A stretch of DNA of 64,000 nt from Poseidonia sp. (GCA_040261535.1 JBDQNU010000008.1:8322-72321), one strand, 5' to 3'; counted from the first letter of the stretch, positions 34,987 through 45,920 are shown. Notes: a model not told the origin generated them from the sequence alone. Numbers and translations are program-made.

Positions 34987-35786
34987 ACGATGGTGGTGCC
35001 CATCGTCATGCCGTTCAGCGTTGGAACGGGTCTCGATTTAAATTGGACGAAGATTACCTCGCTGATGAAAGCGTGGTTCAATTGGCGCTCAACGGATCCG
35101 TTGTGGCGACGGTTTTGGCTACGAATGCAGATTTGGAAGCACTAGCCATCGGGCATTTTGCATGCGAGCACGGCTGTGCAGAAGCGCTCCGTCATGCCCC
35201 TGTCCATCGTAACACATCGCAAGGCGTCCACAGAGTTGAAGTCACGGCCGACAAGGCATTCAACGTCGCAGAAAGGCAGGGATTGGTCACCACGTCTTGC
35301 GGTGCTTGTACGGCAGACGACCAATCTGCATTGGTGCAGGTGGCCGGACGAGTTGATGAACCGTTGAATTCAATTGATCTCGCAGAACTTCTTGACGCAC
35401 TGCCTCTCCTGAATCAAAATCAACCGCTCTTCGCAAAAACAGGAGGTGTGCATGCTGCAGGTTTGCTGTATTCGTTGGAACCGGGCGATTTGTTGGTAAG
35501 GGAGGACATTGGACGTCACAATGCCGTTGACAAGGTGGTTGGAGCCCATCTCATGTCAGGGTTGGCACAGCGACCCATAGCGCTCACGCTTTCGGGACGT
35601 TGCGGTTGGGACATCGTTGCGAAAGCCGCACGAATGAACATCCCTGTCATCGCATCAATCGGTGCCGCCTCTTCGCTTGCAGCCGAAACGGCAAGAGCAT
35701 GCGGCATAACGCTGGTCACCTTTGGCCGAGAAGGAAAAGGGACCGTAATTGGCGCCGTTCAAGGCCGCTTTCAGGGGAAGGATTGA
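34983..35786 (+). CDS. fdhD: formate dehydrogenase accessory sulfurtransferase FdhD
   Basis: TSCGACT, GGVHAAGL and DIGRHNAVDK motifs are present. ATGA overlap with tsr3. Confidence 0.85.
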   Translation: MNDGGAHRHAVQRWNGSRFKLDEDYLADESVVQLALNGSVVATVLATNADLEALAIGHFACEHGCAEALRHAPVHRNTSQGVHRVEVTADKAFNVAERQGLVTTSCGACTADDQSALVQVAGRVDEPLNSIDLAELLDALPLLNQNQPLFAKTGGVHAAGLLYSLEPGDLLVREDIGRHNAVDKVVGAHLMSGLAQRPIALTLSGRCGWDIVAKAARMNIPVIASIGAASSLAAETARACGITLVTFGREGKGTVIGAVQGRFQGKD

Positions 35787-35821
35787 GAAGGGCAGGCACG
35801 AGCCGTGAACGAGGCGATGCC

Positions 35822-38116
35822 ATGCGACCAGCACCAAGCGCACGGACGCCACCCGACAATCACAAACTTCGGCTGAAAAAAGCCAAATCTCAGGCCGCTG
35901 GTCTTCCCGCTGTCCTTTCCTCAAGTCTTCACGGCATCAGCAAGATGGGCATTTCTAAGACCGTCAAAACCTTGAGCATGGTCAATCAAAAGGACGGTTT
36001 TGATTGCCCTGGTTGCGCTTGGCCCGACCCGGAACACAGAACGAGCTTCGAGTTCTGCGAAAACGGTGCAAAAGCCGTCGCTGACGAAGCGATGAAAGCC
36101 AAGGTTACACCAGAATTTTTCAGCGGCAACAGCGTTGGTGATTTGGCGAGGCTAAGTGACTACGAACTCAACCGACTGGGGCGCCTCTCTCATCCAGTTT
36201 ATCTGGCCGAGGGTGCGAGCCACTACGCCATGATCTCGTGGGAGGATGCTTTTTCAAAAATCGCTGCAAAATTGAACGCTTCCAAACCCGATCGTTCGGT
36301 ATTCTATACCTCTGGGAGAACAAGCAACGAGGCTGCGTTCCTCTACCAAGCCTTTGTGAGGTCACACGGCACCAACAATCTTCCCGATTGTTCAAACATG
36401 TGTCACGAATCCAGCGGCAAGGGTCTCGGGCAAACCATCGGTATTGGCAAAGGAACCGTTACGTTGGACGACTTCAATCATGCTGATGTCATTCTCGTGA
36501 TCGGTCAAAACCCCGGGACAAACCATCCGCGGATGCTTACGGCTTTGCGGGATGCCAAACGAAACGGAGCGAAAATCATCCATGTCAACCCGCTTCCCGA
36601 GGCCGGACTTGCCAAATTCAAACATCCTCAAGACTACATGAAACTGGACTTTGATGCAACGACCCTTGCAGATGTTCATCTCCAAGTTCGAATCGGCTCC
36701 GATGCTGCGCTCATGAAGGGCCTGATCAAAACCCAGTTGGAACACGACGCCGTTGATACCGACTTTATTGAAACCAAAACATCCCACTATGCCTCAATGG
36801 TAGAAGCCGCAGACAACGTGCCATGGGAGCGCATATCTCAAGACACTGGACTGGGGAGGGCGACCATTGAACACGCCGGAACAATGCTTGCAAATTCAAA
36901 AGCAACCATCGCTTGTTGGGCCATGGGACTTACCCAACATCGAAACGGTGTCGCCGTTATTCAAGAAGTCGTCAACTTGTTGTTGATGAACGGGCACGTC
37001 GGACGAAGAGGGGCTGGTTTTTGCCCGGTTCGCGGGCATTCAAACGTTCAGGGCGACCGAACCGTAGGCATTTGGGAAGCACCATCAAAGGCCTTTCTTG
37101 ATGACCTTGAGGCAGGCCTTGGCATCCCCATGCCTCAAGACCATGGCTACGACGTCGTCAACGCGATACAAGCCATGGCTGACGGGGCAGTGGATGTCTT
37201 TTTTTGCATGGGAGGAAACTTCCTCTCCGCAACGCCAGATACCGATTTCACGGCGAAGGCCATCTCAAACGTTGAGTTGACGGTTCAAGTATCGACGAAA
37301 CTGAACAGATCTCATTTGGTCACGGGAAACGAGGCTCTTATCTTGCCGTGCTTAGGCCGCACGGAGTTGGATGTCCAAGCAACTGGTGAACAATTTGTGA
37401 CGGTCGAAAACTCGATGGGCATCGTTCATCGTTCCCGAGGAAAATTGAAACCCGCCTCCCCCCATTTGCGAAGCGAACCTTGGATTGTTGCCTCCCTTGC
37501 AGAAGCCACGCTCCAGCAATCACCCCTGAAGTGGATGGACCTTGCTTCCGATTACGACGCCATCCGGGAGTTGATGCAAGCATCCTTAGCGGGCTTTGAA
37601 GACTACAACGAAAGGGTTCGAGGCGAAGTTGGCTTTGCCCTCCCCAATCCACCTCGGGATGAACAACGCTTCGCTACGCTCGACGGAAAAGCCAATTTTA
37701 CCGCCCACGCTCTTCCAAACATCGACGTCCCACCAAAACACTACGTGATGATGACGTTGCGAAGCCACGACCAGTACAACACCACCATCTACGGTTTGCA
37801 TGACCGATACAGAGGGATTCACGGTCACCGACGTGTATTGCTCATGAACGCCGAAGACATGGTAGAACGTGGATGGAAAGCGCATCAATCCGTCGATATC
37901 ACCAGTCATTTCAACGGCGAGACCCGATTTGCCGAAACTTGGAAACTCGTCCCTTATGACATCCCGAGGGGGAATCTAGCAAGCTATTTCCCCGAAGCGA
38001 ATGCGCTTGTTCCGCTCCATTCAACCGCCGATGTCTCGAACACACCAACCTCAAAATGGATCGTCTGCACCTTAACCGCCTCCGGGTCTGCGCATGACTT
38101 GGGGGAAGAGGAATGA
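35822..38116 (+). CDS. molybdopterin oxidoreductase, YdeP/FdhF-like alpha subunit
   Basis: GFDCPGCAWPDP, SGRTSNEAAFLYQ and NMCHESSG are typical of the YdeP-type group. ORF 35600..38116 was trimmed to ATG 35822, after the fdhD stop. Confidence 0.8.
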   Translation: MRPAPSARTPPDNHKLRLKKAKSQAAGLPAVLSSSLHGISKMGISKTVKTLSMVNQKDGFDCPGCAWPDPEHRTSFEFCENGAKAVADEAMKAKVTPEFFSGNSVGDLARLSDYELNRLGRLSHPVYLAEGASHYAMISWEDAFSKIAAKLNASKPDRSVFYTSGRTSNEAAFLYQAFVRSHGTNNLPDCSNMCHESSGKGLGQTIGIGKGTVTLDDFNHADVILVIGQNPGTNHPRMLTALRDAKRNGAKIIHVNPLPEAGLAKFKHPQDYMKLDFDATTLADVHLQVRIGSDAALMKGLIKTQLEHDAVDTDFIETKTSHYASMVEAADNVPWERISQDTGLGRATIEHAGTMLANSKATIACWAMGLTQHRNGVAVIQEVVNLLLMNGHVGRRGAGFCPVRGHSNVQGDRTVGIWEAPSKAFLDDLEAGLGIPMPQDHGYDVVNAIQAMADGAVDVFFCMGGNFLSATPDTDFTAKAISNVELTVQVSTKLNRSHLVTGNEALILPCLGRTELDVQATGEQFVTVENSMGIVHRSRGKLKPASPHLRSEPWIVASLAEATLQQSPLKWMDLASDYDAIRELMQASLAGFEDYNERVRGEVGFALPNPPRDEQRFATLDGKANFTAHALPNIDVPPKHYVMMTLRSHDQYNTTIYGLHDRYRGIHGHRRVLLMNAEDMVERGWKAHQSVDITSHFNGETRFAETWKLVPYDIPRGNLASYFPEANALVPLHSTADVSNTPTSKWIVCTLTASGSAHDLGEEE

Positions 38117-39363
38117 GTTCTCGTGGATACGTTCAACTTGTCCGTGAGAATCGGGACTTTCGGAAATTATGGATTGCCGCCGTCATCTCCATGATGGGAG
38201 AATGGTTCAACACCATCGCTCTGTTCTTCCTCATCTTGGAATACACCGGCAGCGAATTTCTTCTCGGCTTGCTGTTCACGGTGCGAATGGCCGGTTTTGC
38301 CCTCCTTCAACCCGTCATCGGATTGATGGCCGACCGATTAAACCGGAAGGGGCTCATGATATGGTCGAACTTGGCTCAAGCCGTTCTTGCGTTGTGTTTC
38401 TTATTGGTCAACGACAGCAGCGATATTGTTTGGATGATCGGTCTTTCAGGCCTCATGATGGTTCTTCACGGCGTTTACATGACGGCTGAGCGAGCCGCTT
38501 TGCCCAACGTTGTTGACCCGGATGATCTTTCGACGGCGAACGCTCTTGATGCAGCCTCCTGGTCCACCGCCTTGTGCATTGGGGCCATGCTCGGGGGAGT
38601 CGTGGTGTCGATATGGGGCACCGACGCAGCCTTCATCATCGATTCAGTCACCTTTCTTATCGGAACGATTTTCTTGGTGACCCTCAAACTCCCTCAGACC
38701 ATTGACCCCTCGTTGAAAGGACCTTGGATTTCAACGGCGGTGGGCAACATTCGAAACGGTTGGATGAGAATTCGAAGTCAACCTCCGTTGTTCCGTATCG
38801 TGTTTGCCAAAGCCTCGTGGAACGTCGCCGGTGGAGGATTGGCAGGCGTCTACTTGGTCCTCCTGGGGGCAAACGTAGAAGGGTTCGGAGCAGCATTTGG
38901 TTTTGGCCTCTTTTTCTTTGCACGAGGCGTGGGCACCGGTTTGGGACCCGTCATTGCACGGTCGCTGTTCACAAACGAAGACCACTGGCCCGGCTTGGTT
39001 GGAAAACTCATTGTGGTTTCAGGCATGTTCTACTTGATCGTCGGTGCCACATTGGACATTTCCCTATGGCTCACCGTTCTCCTCGTCATCCTCGCACACA
39101 GTGCCAGCGGTGCGAATTGGGTTCTCTCGACCATCATGATGCAACGTTGGGTTGAGGATGAGGTTCGTGGCCGAGTGTTTTCAGCAGATATGCTCATTTT
39201 GTCGGTTGCGTTCTCATGCTCGACCAGTGCAGCGGGCTACCTGATGGAAAACACAGCGTTGACCATACAACAAGGAATGCTCATCTTTTCGTCCATCATG
39301 GTGGTATCCGGCATCGGATTTTCAGCTTGGAAACCAAGCAACGAGCCTTTACTCGACGGATAA
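38113..39363 (+). CDS. MFS transporter
   Basis: A 416-aa protein with about 12 hydrophobic segments. The motif-A-like GLMADRLNRKG is present. ATGA overlap with the upstream gene. Confidence 0.75.
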   Translation: MSSRGYVQLVRENRDFRKLWIAAVISMMGEWFNTIALFFLILEYTGSEFLLGLLFTVRMAGFALLQPVIGLMADRLNRKGLMIWSNLAQAVLALCFLLVNDSSDIVWMIGLSGLMMVLHGVYMTAERAALPNVVDPDDLSTANALDAASWSTALCIGAMLGGVVVSIWGTDAAFIIDSVTFLIGTIFLVTLKLPQTIDPSLKGPWISTAVGNIRNGWMRIRSQPPLFRIVFAKASWNVAGGGLAGVYLVLLGANVEGFGAAFGFGLFFFARGVGTGLGPVIARSLFTNEDHWPGLVGKLIVVSGMFYLIVGATLDISLWLTVLLVILAHSASGANWVLSTIMMQRWVEDEVRGRVFSADMLILSVAFSCSTSAAGYLMENTALTIQQGMLIFSSIMVVSGIGFSAWKPSNEPLLDG

Positions 39364-41220
39364 ACAGCGTTCATGCGTGCATGCCGGGGGCGTGAAGTAC
39401 CTGCGGTCCGCGGGTTCAAAGACATCAAGTTGGAGGGTTGAACCCTGGCCTTCTTGGATAAACACGACCGTTGACGTGCTGGCAGGCAAGTAGTCCTCTC
39501 CTGTCGACGCAAGGCTGAGGCGGAGGGTGTGATCGGCAGCAACTTCTGCATCCATGGCAAAGAATTCCATTTTGGCGGTGATCGTCTCGGCAACCGGCAA
39601 CCAGGTCTGTACTTCATCTCCACCTTCGTGGTAGCGCAGATCCATGATGGCGTGGGCGAGGTGGATGCAATTGTTTTGTTCGTCACAATCTTCGAGCAAC
39701 GCATAGAGTTGGCCGCCTACGGAGGCCGTGGTCACCTCAACGTGGAGTCGAGGCAATCCGCTGATGTGCAACGACGTCTGGAGAGGTTCCGTTTCATAGA
39801 CCGGCCCGGATGAGGCATCAGGCAACACCGTTGTTGAGCCGTCGACAAGGGAGAGGTTACCTCCTAAGTCAAACAGGAGTTCGGTTGTGTCCGAAGGAGG
39901 ATACCGGTCTTCAATTCTCCAAGAACCCTGATTTGATTGAATTTCGATCCATTGACCCGGTTGGGGGCCGATGCCCTTGAGGTAATAGTCAAACCATTCA
40001 AGCATGTCTTGCATCCAGTCGAAGCGTATCATTTCAGGAAATGCCTCACCGCCTCGGCCACCGAGGTCTGAACGGTCGTCAAGTTGGACGGGGCGGTCGG
40101 GGTAATCGTGATCCCATTGGCCGAACAAACCTCGTGCCTCAATCCCTGCATCAATCAGTTTGTTGATGGTTGGGATGGCCATGTGCGGGTCAACATTCCA
40201 ATCGTGCATGCCTTGAATTAAGTAGACACTTCCCTTGTAATTTTCAAGAACTCTGTCAAGGAAATACCGTTCAGCCCAATAGTCGCCTGCGGCTTCGCCC
40301 CCCCAAGCCCATGCACCGACGCCGGTTCCCGGGCCGATGATGTAATCCGGGCAGAGGTTCTGGTAGTCCTCTTCGTCGCCGTCAATACCGTACGAGCCGT
40401 AGACGCCGTTGTGCATGATGGGTGCTCTGGCTTCCGAGGAACCGTTTTTCCACATGAGTTCCTTGACGCCGATAAGTCCGGAAATCGGAACGATGGTTTT
40501 CAGATAATCGTGTTCCGAACCGAACATAGCAGCTTGCCACGGTGTGCTTCCATCGTATGATTTTCCAATGAGCGCCACCGCACCGCTCGACCACGACTGT
40601 TCCGCCAACCAACGAACGGCTGCATCGTTGCCAAGTTGCTCAGCCGTCCCCATCAAATCCATGCAATGGTTTGATCGCCCGGTGCCTGAAACCGATATCT
40701 GGGCAAAGGCATACCCGTGGGGCAGGATCTGGTCAATGAACATTTGACCGAGCCAGCTACCGGGAACTTCGATGGTCGGCGTCTGAACACTTGGTTCTTG
40801 GAAATACGGTCCACTTTCTGCTATCACGGGTACCTTCACGCCCTCCGGGACGTTTGGGCGCCAAACAGCGAGGCTGATGAGGCCGTTGGGGGCTGCCCCG
40901 CCCTCCTCGATTGGGAGAGTATATTCAACAAAATGATGGGTCGAATTCCATTCGTTTTCCGTGGGCAGGATTTCGTATGGACCAACTTCCAGTGCAACGC
41001 CAAACTCCCCATCGGTTTTGTAAGGCAACGTGGAGCGTTCCCAAACGGGAACGCGTACGTCCGATGATTCATCATCGTCCACCAACAGGTCAACGAGTGC
41101 CTCGCCAAAAACGGCAGACAAGAAGAGGAAGACGAGGGAAACGGCCATTGTGGCGCCCAACACGATGTTGAATTCCCGGGCGGTGTGGTGTTGGGAATCC
41201 ACAAATTGTCCATCATCCAT
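39349..41220 (-). CDS. Xaa-Pro dipeptidyl-peptidase-like serine hydrolase (S15 / CocE-NonD family), N-terminally membrane-anchored
   Basis: One N-terminal TM helix is present, with the nucleophile context GKSYDG, the later GMHDWNV, and a long C-terminal beta-type domain. Confidence 0.7.
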   Translation of the reverse strand: MDDGQFVDSQHHTAREFNIVLGATMAVSLVFLFLSAVFGEALVDLLVDDDESSDVRVPVWERSTLPYKTDGEFGVALEVGPYEILPTENEWNSTHHFVEYTLPIEEGGAAPNGLISLAVWRPNVPEGVKVPVIAESGPYFQEPSVQTPTIEVPGSWLGQMFIDQILPHGYAFAQISVSGTGRSNHCMDLMGTAEQLGNDAAVRWLAEQSWSSGAVALIGKSYDGSTPWQAAMFGSEHDYLKTIVPISGLIGVKELMWKNGSSEARAPIMHNGVYGSYGIDGDEEDYQNLCPDYIIGPGTGVGAWAWGGEAAGDYWAERYFLDRVLENYKGSVYLIQGMHDWNVDPHMAIPTINKLIDAGIEARGLFGQWDHDYPDRPVQLDDRSDLGGRGGEAFPEMIRFDWMQDMLEWFDYYLKGIGPQPGQWIEIQSNQGSWRIEDRYPPSDTTELLFDLGGNLSLVDGSTTVLPDASSGPVYETEPLQTSLHISGLPRLHVEVTTASVGGQLYALLEDCDEQNNCIHLAHAIMDLRYHEGGDEVQTWLPVAETITAKMEFFAMDAEVAADHTLRLSLASTGEDYLPASTSTVVFIQEGQGSTLQLDVFEPADRRYFTPPACTHERCLSVE

Positions 41221-41336
41221 GGCACACGCCTCCAGCGTTTATGGGTCGCATGGGATGTTCTTGAGCCTATGCACGAACGGTCCTTGAGCAAATGAAGAGA
41301 ACAAGCCTCAAAGACATCCAACCATGACCTTTCAAC

Positions 41337-43370
41337 ATGGAGGACCTCGTTGCGCTCTTGCGCCAGGATATTCGCGAAGGCATGCCCGAAGTCCTGCCTC
41401 CTCCCCAACCATTGGACGAGACGGTGGACCATGCGCCAAGTCGAAGGCAGATTCTCACTCCAAGCGAAAAGAAACTCTCCTTGATGAATGCCCTGCGCTA
41501 CATTCCTGAACAATTCCATGAAACCCTCCTTCCCGAATTTTTGGAGGAGTTGAACACCTTCGGAAGGGTCCTCATGCGTCGGTTCCGACCCACTTCATTA
41601 CCGATGCGCGCTTATCCCCTTGAAGCGTATCCTGCGAAATCCAAACAAGCTGCAGCCATTATGTTGATGATCCAAAACAACCTCGATCCTGCCGTTGCAC
41701 AATTTCCCCACGAACTCATCACCTACGGTGGAAACGGCTCTGTTTTCCAAAACTGGGTCCAATACCGACTGACGATGAAATACCTCTCCGAGATGACCGA
41801 CGAACAAACCTTGGTGATGTATTCGGGCCACCCGATGGGGCTCTTTCCGTCCAACAAAGATGCACCTCGTGTGGTGGTCACGAACGGGATGGTGATCCCC
41901 AATTCTTCCAAGCCCGAGGATTACGAGCGCATGAACGCCCTCGGCGTTACCCAATACGGGCAGATGACGGCAGGTTCGTACATGTACATCGGTCCACAAG
42001 GCATCGTTCACGGAACCACAATCACCTTGCTCAACGCAGCGCGCTTGCATCTTGACCTTCCCGAAGGCGATGACTTAGCGGGCGTCACGTTTGTGACGAG
42101 CGGCTTGGGAGGCATGTCCGGTGCTCAGGCCAAAGCCGCAACGATTGCCGGGGCAGCATGCATCATTGCAGAGTCAAATGCACACGCGGCACACAAACGC
42201 CACGAACAAGGTTGGTTGACAGATGTAACGGATGACGTGGATGCTGCCATCGACATGATGTTGAACGCATCTCGCGAGGGCGATGCTATTTCCATTGGCT
42301 TCATCGGAAACATCGTGGATCTTTGGGAACGCTTGGTGCATCGTGACGTCAAGGTTGACCTCGGTAGCGACCAAACCAGCCTCCACAATCCGTATCAGGG
42401 TGGCTATTTTCCAGTTGGGAGAACCTACGACGAGTGTGTCGCCATGATGTCATCGGACCCTGAAACCTTCAAATCTGAAATTCAGTCCACCCTCCGACGC
42501 CATGCGGAAGCGGTCAACTTCATGGTTGCGAAAGGAATGTACTTTTGGGATTACGGTAACGCATTCTTGCTCGAAGCCTCTCGTGCAGGTGCCGATGTTG
42601 TGAACCACGATGGAAGCTTCCGCTACCCCTCGTATGTTGAGGATATTATGGGCCCGATCTGCTTTGACTACGGATTTGGCCCGTACCGTTGGGTCTGCAC
42701 AAGCGGCAAACCTGAGGACCTCACCCGCACGGATGCCATTGCAGCTGAGGTTCTGAAGCGCATGCTCGCCAAGGCAACTCCGGACGTGAAGCAGCAAATT
42801 CGTGACAATCTGCAATGGATTGAACGGGCTGGAGACAACAACTTGGTCGTCGGCAGCCAAGCGAGAATCCTGTACGCCGATGATGTCGGAAGGCGAGAGA
42901 TTGCGCTTGCCATGAACCGGGCGATTGCACGTGGGGAGATTGGGCCCGTGGTGTTGGGGCGTGACCATCACGATGTATCGGGTACCGACAGCCCCTACAG
43001 GGAAACAGCGAATATCCGAGACGGTTCAATGTTCACAGCGGATATGGCCGTGCAGAACGTCATTGGTGATGCGTTTCGCGGGGCCACATGGGTCAGCCTC
43101 CACAACGGTGGAGGTGTCGGATGGGGTGAAGTCATCAACGGTGGATTCGGCATGCTGCTTGACGGGAGTGATGAAGCCGAGCAACGTTTGCAGAGCATGC
43201 TTCATTGGGACGTCAACAACGGCGTTGCCCGAAGAGCATGGGCTCGTAATTCCGGGGCTCGTTCAGCAAGTATTCGGGCCATGGAACTTGAAACGAACCT
43301 GAAAATCACCTTGCCCCATATCGTTGAGGAAAGTCTGTTGCAACATTATTTTGGAGGTGGCCAACCATGA
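41337..43370 (+). CDS. hutU: urocanate hydratase (long, ~677-aa form)
   Basis: ALRYIP, ITYGGNGSVFQNW, SGLGGMSGAQ and GRDHHD are present. ATGA overlap with hutH. Confidence 0.9.
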   Translation: MEDLVALLRQDIREGMPEVLPPPQPLDETVDHAPSRRQILTPSEKKLSLMNALRYIPEQFHETLLPEFLEELNTFGRVLMRRFRPTSLPMRAYPLEAYPAKSKQAAAIMLMIQNNLDPAVAQFPHELITYGGNGSVFQNWVQYRLTMKYLSEMTDEQTLVMYSGHPMGLFPSNKDAPRVVVTNGMVIPNSSKPEDYERMNALGVTQYGQMTAGSYMYIGPQGIVHGTTITLLNAARLHLDLPEGDDLAGVTFVTSGLGGMSGAQAKAATIAGAACIIAESNAHAAHKRHEQGWLTDVTDDVDAAIDMMLNASREGDAISIGFIGNIVDLWERLVHRDVKVDLGSDQTSLHNPYQGGYFPVGRTYDECVAMMSSDPETFKSEIQSTLRRHAEAVNFMVAKGMYFWDYGNAFLLEASRAGADVVNHDGSFRYPSYVEDIMGPICFDYGFGPYRWVCTSGKPEDLTRTDAIAAEVLKRMLAKATPDVKQQIRDNLQWIERAGDNNLVVGSQARILYADDVGRREIALAMNRAIARGEIGPVVLGRDHHDVSGTDSPYRETANIRDGSMFTADMAVQNVIGDAFRGATWVSLHNGGGVGWGEVINGGFGMLLDGSDEAEQRLQSMLHWDVNNGVARRAWARNSGARSASIRAMELETNLKITLPHIVEESLLQHYFGGGQP

Positions 43371-44917
43371 CTGAATCCGTGGTCGTCCTCGACGGCACGA
43401 CGCTTTCGCTCCCGGAGGTCTTGTCTGTTGCCGATGGAAAAGCGACCGTGACGGTATCCGAAAGTGCTTGGGCCGGCATCAACGCTGCGCGAGCCGTGGT
43501 TGACCGTATTGTTACTTCTGGAGAAACGGTTTACGGCATCAACACCGGGTTTGGCGCCCTCGTACGCGAACGAATATCGCCTGAAGATCTTGCTCAACTC
43601 CAAGTCAATCTCATCCGTTCCCACGCCACGGCCCTCGGAGAGCCAATGGATGCACGTTCGGTCCGAGCGATGATGGTCGTCCGTTTGAATTCCCTGTGCA
43701 AAGGGCACTCTGGAATATCGCCCGTATGCATTCAACAACTCGCGGCCTTCCTCAATCAGAACATTCACCCATTCATTCCAAGAATCGGTAGCTTGGGTGC
43801 AAGCGGGGATTTGGCCCCGTTGTCCCACCTCGCCCTAGCCTTGATGGGCGAGGGGTACATTTTGTCCGATGGAGGGAGGGTTCCGACGCGAGAAGTGTTG
43901 CTCCAAAAAGGATTGATTCCAGTTGAATTCACGGCAAAAGACGGGCTTTCCCTCATCAATGGCACCAGTCAGATGACGGCGTTTGCAACACTCGCCCAAC
44001 AACAATTGGCCAACGTGTTGGTGTTCGCGGACCTCATCTTATCGGCCTCCATGGACGCACGAATGTGCAGTCTCACCCCTTCCGACCCGCTCATCCATCA
44101 GGCTCGCCCACACCCTGGCCAAGTCTTGGTTGCTGAACGGTTACGGGCCATTCTCCACGGCTCTGAAATTCTAACCGGGCATGCAGATTGCGACCGAGTC
44201 CAAGATCCGTACTCGTTCCGTTGTGCACCTCAAGTCCACGGGGCGGTGTACGAAGCCTACCAGCGGCTCACCGAGATGCTCAACATCGAATTGAACAGCG
44301 CAACGGACAATCCGCTTATCTTCCCCAATCCGACCAATCCAGGTCCACATGAAGTCAAATCGCAGGGCAATTTCCACGGTGAAATCGTGGCGTTGGCCTG
44401 TGACGGCATGAGCCTGGCCATGTTTGAGTTGGGCTCAATCTCGGAACGCAGGATCGATCAAATGTTGGACGCCTCGAGAAGCGAATTGCCGGCCTTCCTT
44501 GCCTTGAACAGCGGTCTCGAATCGGGTTTGATGATCGTCCAGTACGTAGCCGGTGCCGCTCTCGCTGAACTCCACGGGCAAGCCAGTCCCCGTTCGGCAT
44601 TCTCGACATCAACCTCCGCAGGCCAAGAAGACCACGTGAGCATGGGGGCAACGGCAGCGTGGAACTTGCTTTCGGGCGTCAGAAGGCTGGCCGAAGTGCT
44701 CGCATGCGAACTCTTAGTTGCCTGCGAGGCGTTGGAGCATGCCTCTTTCCCCTCGTCCCCTCATATCGAAGGGTTGCGACGTCTCGTCCGAACCGTGGCA
44801 CCTGCTCTCCATGGCGACCGTTCGACATCGGATGAGCTGATGAAACTCGCTGAAGAATTGCTTGCAGGTCGGTGGCTCTCTCGGTTGGAAGCGGAGCATG
44901 GGCGTCTACCGCGTTGA
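43367..44917 (+). CDS. hutH: histidine ammonia-lyase
   Basis: YGINTGFG, the MIO-forming GSLGASGDLAPLSH, NGTSQM and FHGE motifs are present. Confidence 0.9.
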   Translation: MTESVVVLDGTTLSLPEVLSVADGKATVTVSESAWAGINAARAVVDRIVTSGETVYGINTGFGALVRERISPEDLAQLQVNLIRSHATALGEPMDARSVRAMMVVRLNSLCKGHSGISPVCIQQLAAFLNQNIHPFIPRIGSLGASGDLAPLSHLALALMGEGYILSDGGRVPTREVLLQKGLIPVEFTAKDGLSLINGTSQMTAFATLAQQQLANVLVFADLILSASMDARMCSLTPSDPLIHQARPHPGQVLVAERLRAILHGSEILTGHADCDRVQDPYSFRCAPQVHGAVYEAYQRLTEMLNIELNSATDNPLIFPNPTNPGPHEVKSQGNFHGEIVALACDGMSLAMFELGSISERRIDQMLDASRSELPAFLALNSGLESGLMIVQYVAGAALAELHGQASPRSAFSTSTSAGQEDHVSMGATAAWNLLSGVRRLAEVLACELLVACEALEHASFPSSPHIEGLRRLVRTVAPALHGDRSTSDELMKLAEELLAGRWLSRLEAEHGRLPR

Positions 44918-45805
44918 TATTGCGTGCTCCACGAATTCTTTCGTCGCTTCGAGGTCAATCAAGTTCATCAGCCTGTATCCGTGGAGTTCGCGTTCCGTGA
45001 CCGTAAAGGAGGATTCGTGTGCTTCAAGACGCCGCAAGACATCGATTGCACCGGTAATTCGCTGTTCGGTCTGAGCATACAATGCATGCGCTCTATCCAA
45101 GTCCTCGAAGGCGAGTGCAGGCTCAAGTTCACTCAAATCGAAGCCCATGCGCTTCCACTGAAGCATCCGTTTTTGCAACAGGCTTACCGAGAACCCCTTC
45201 CGAGGGAGCGAGACGAGATGAACAACGGTTGGAGGATGGGGCTCGGGCGAGGCGATTTCATCAGAGGTTGTGGCATCCATCGTTGATGGTTCCTCTTCAC
45301 CATCACTTGCTGGCGTAGCCTCAGGCGCCTCCTTGTCCAATACTCCGTTTTGATCAGGTTGCTTGGTGTTCGGCAAAAGCGGCGCTAGCGTGCGAATTCG
45401 TGCCCACAATCGATGCTCAAAAGCAAGGGGTTCAACCGGGAAAACAACGGCAAAACCAATCCTTCTTGAAAAGGAATCCAGCCGCTGCAATGCATCGAGA
45501 ACGTTCCGTTCGCCGCTGTTTTGAAGCATCCATTGGAGTGCATCGATCACGACGATGTCGCCTTCAAGAGGCGAATGGCGATGGAGATGGGCAAGCACTT
45601 CAGCGGCATCGGGACGTACGGCAGTTTCCTCTTCCTGCTCAGAAATCCACCACAATCCTCCTCGGTTGGTCGAGACATGTCGAAGCAGTTGGCGCATCGG
45701 CAGGCGACTGTAACAATGCAGCGAACCGTCTTGACCGTCTTGAGATTCTATGGCGGGATACACGATGTTCGGGTCCACTGAATCAACCGTGAACAACCCC
45801 CGCAT
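44906..45805 (-). CDS. DUF835-like domain protein with acidic linker and unassigned C-terminal helical domain
   Basis: The N-terminal half (CYSRLPMRQL...LWWIS...AVRPD...VVIDALQWML...VLDALQRLDS...AVVFPVEP) fits my recollection of the archaeal DUF835 pattern. The 3' end overlaps hutH by 12 nt, convergently. Confidence 0.5.
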   Translation of the reverse strand: MRGLFTVDSVDPNIVYPAIESQDGQDGSLHCYSRLPMRQLLRHVSTNRGGLWWISEQEEETAVRPDAAEVLAHLHRHSPLEGDIVVIDALQWMLQNSGERNVLDALQRLDSFSRRIGFAVVFPVEPLAFEHRLWARIRTLAPLLPNTKQPDQNGVLDKEAPEATPASDGEEEPSTMDATTSDEIASPEPHPPTVVHLVSLPRKGFSVSLLQKRMLQWKRMGFDLSELEPALAFEDLDRAHALYAQTEQRITGAIDVLRRLEAHESSFTVTERELHGYRLMNLIDLEATKEFVEHAISTR

Positions 45806-45881
45806 CCCGTCTCCCCGTTCATTGGTGAACCATGGCGACCTATGGAATTACTCCTCAAGAACAGGCGATAATCCATCAAGC

Positions 45882-45889
45882 ATTATATT
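45882..45889 (+). promoter_or_regulatory. TATA-like box upstream of the EF-hand protein gene
   Basis: attatatt is centred about 35 nt upstream of ATG 45921, which would give a very short leader. Assigned by position only. Confidence 0.3.
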
Positions 45890-45920
45890 GTCCGTCGTCC
45901 TGCAAGTTAACGGTGGAAGC

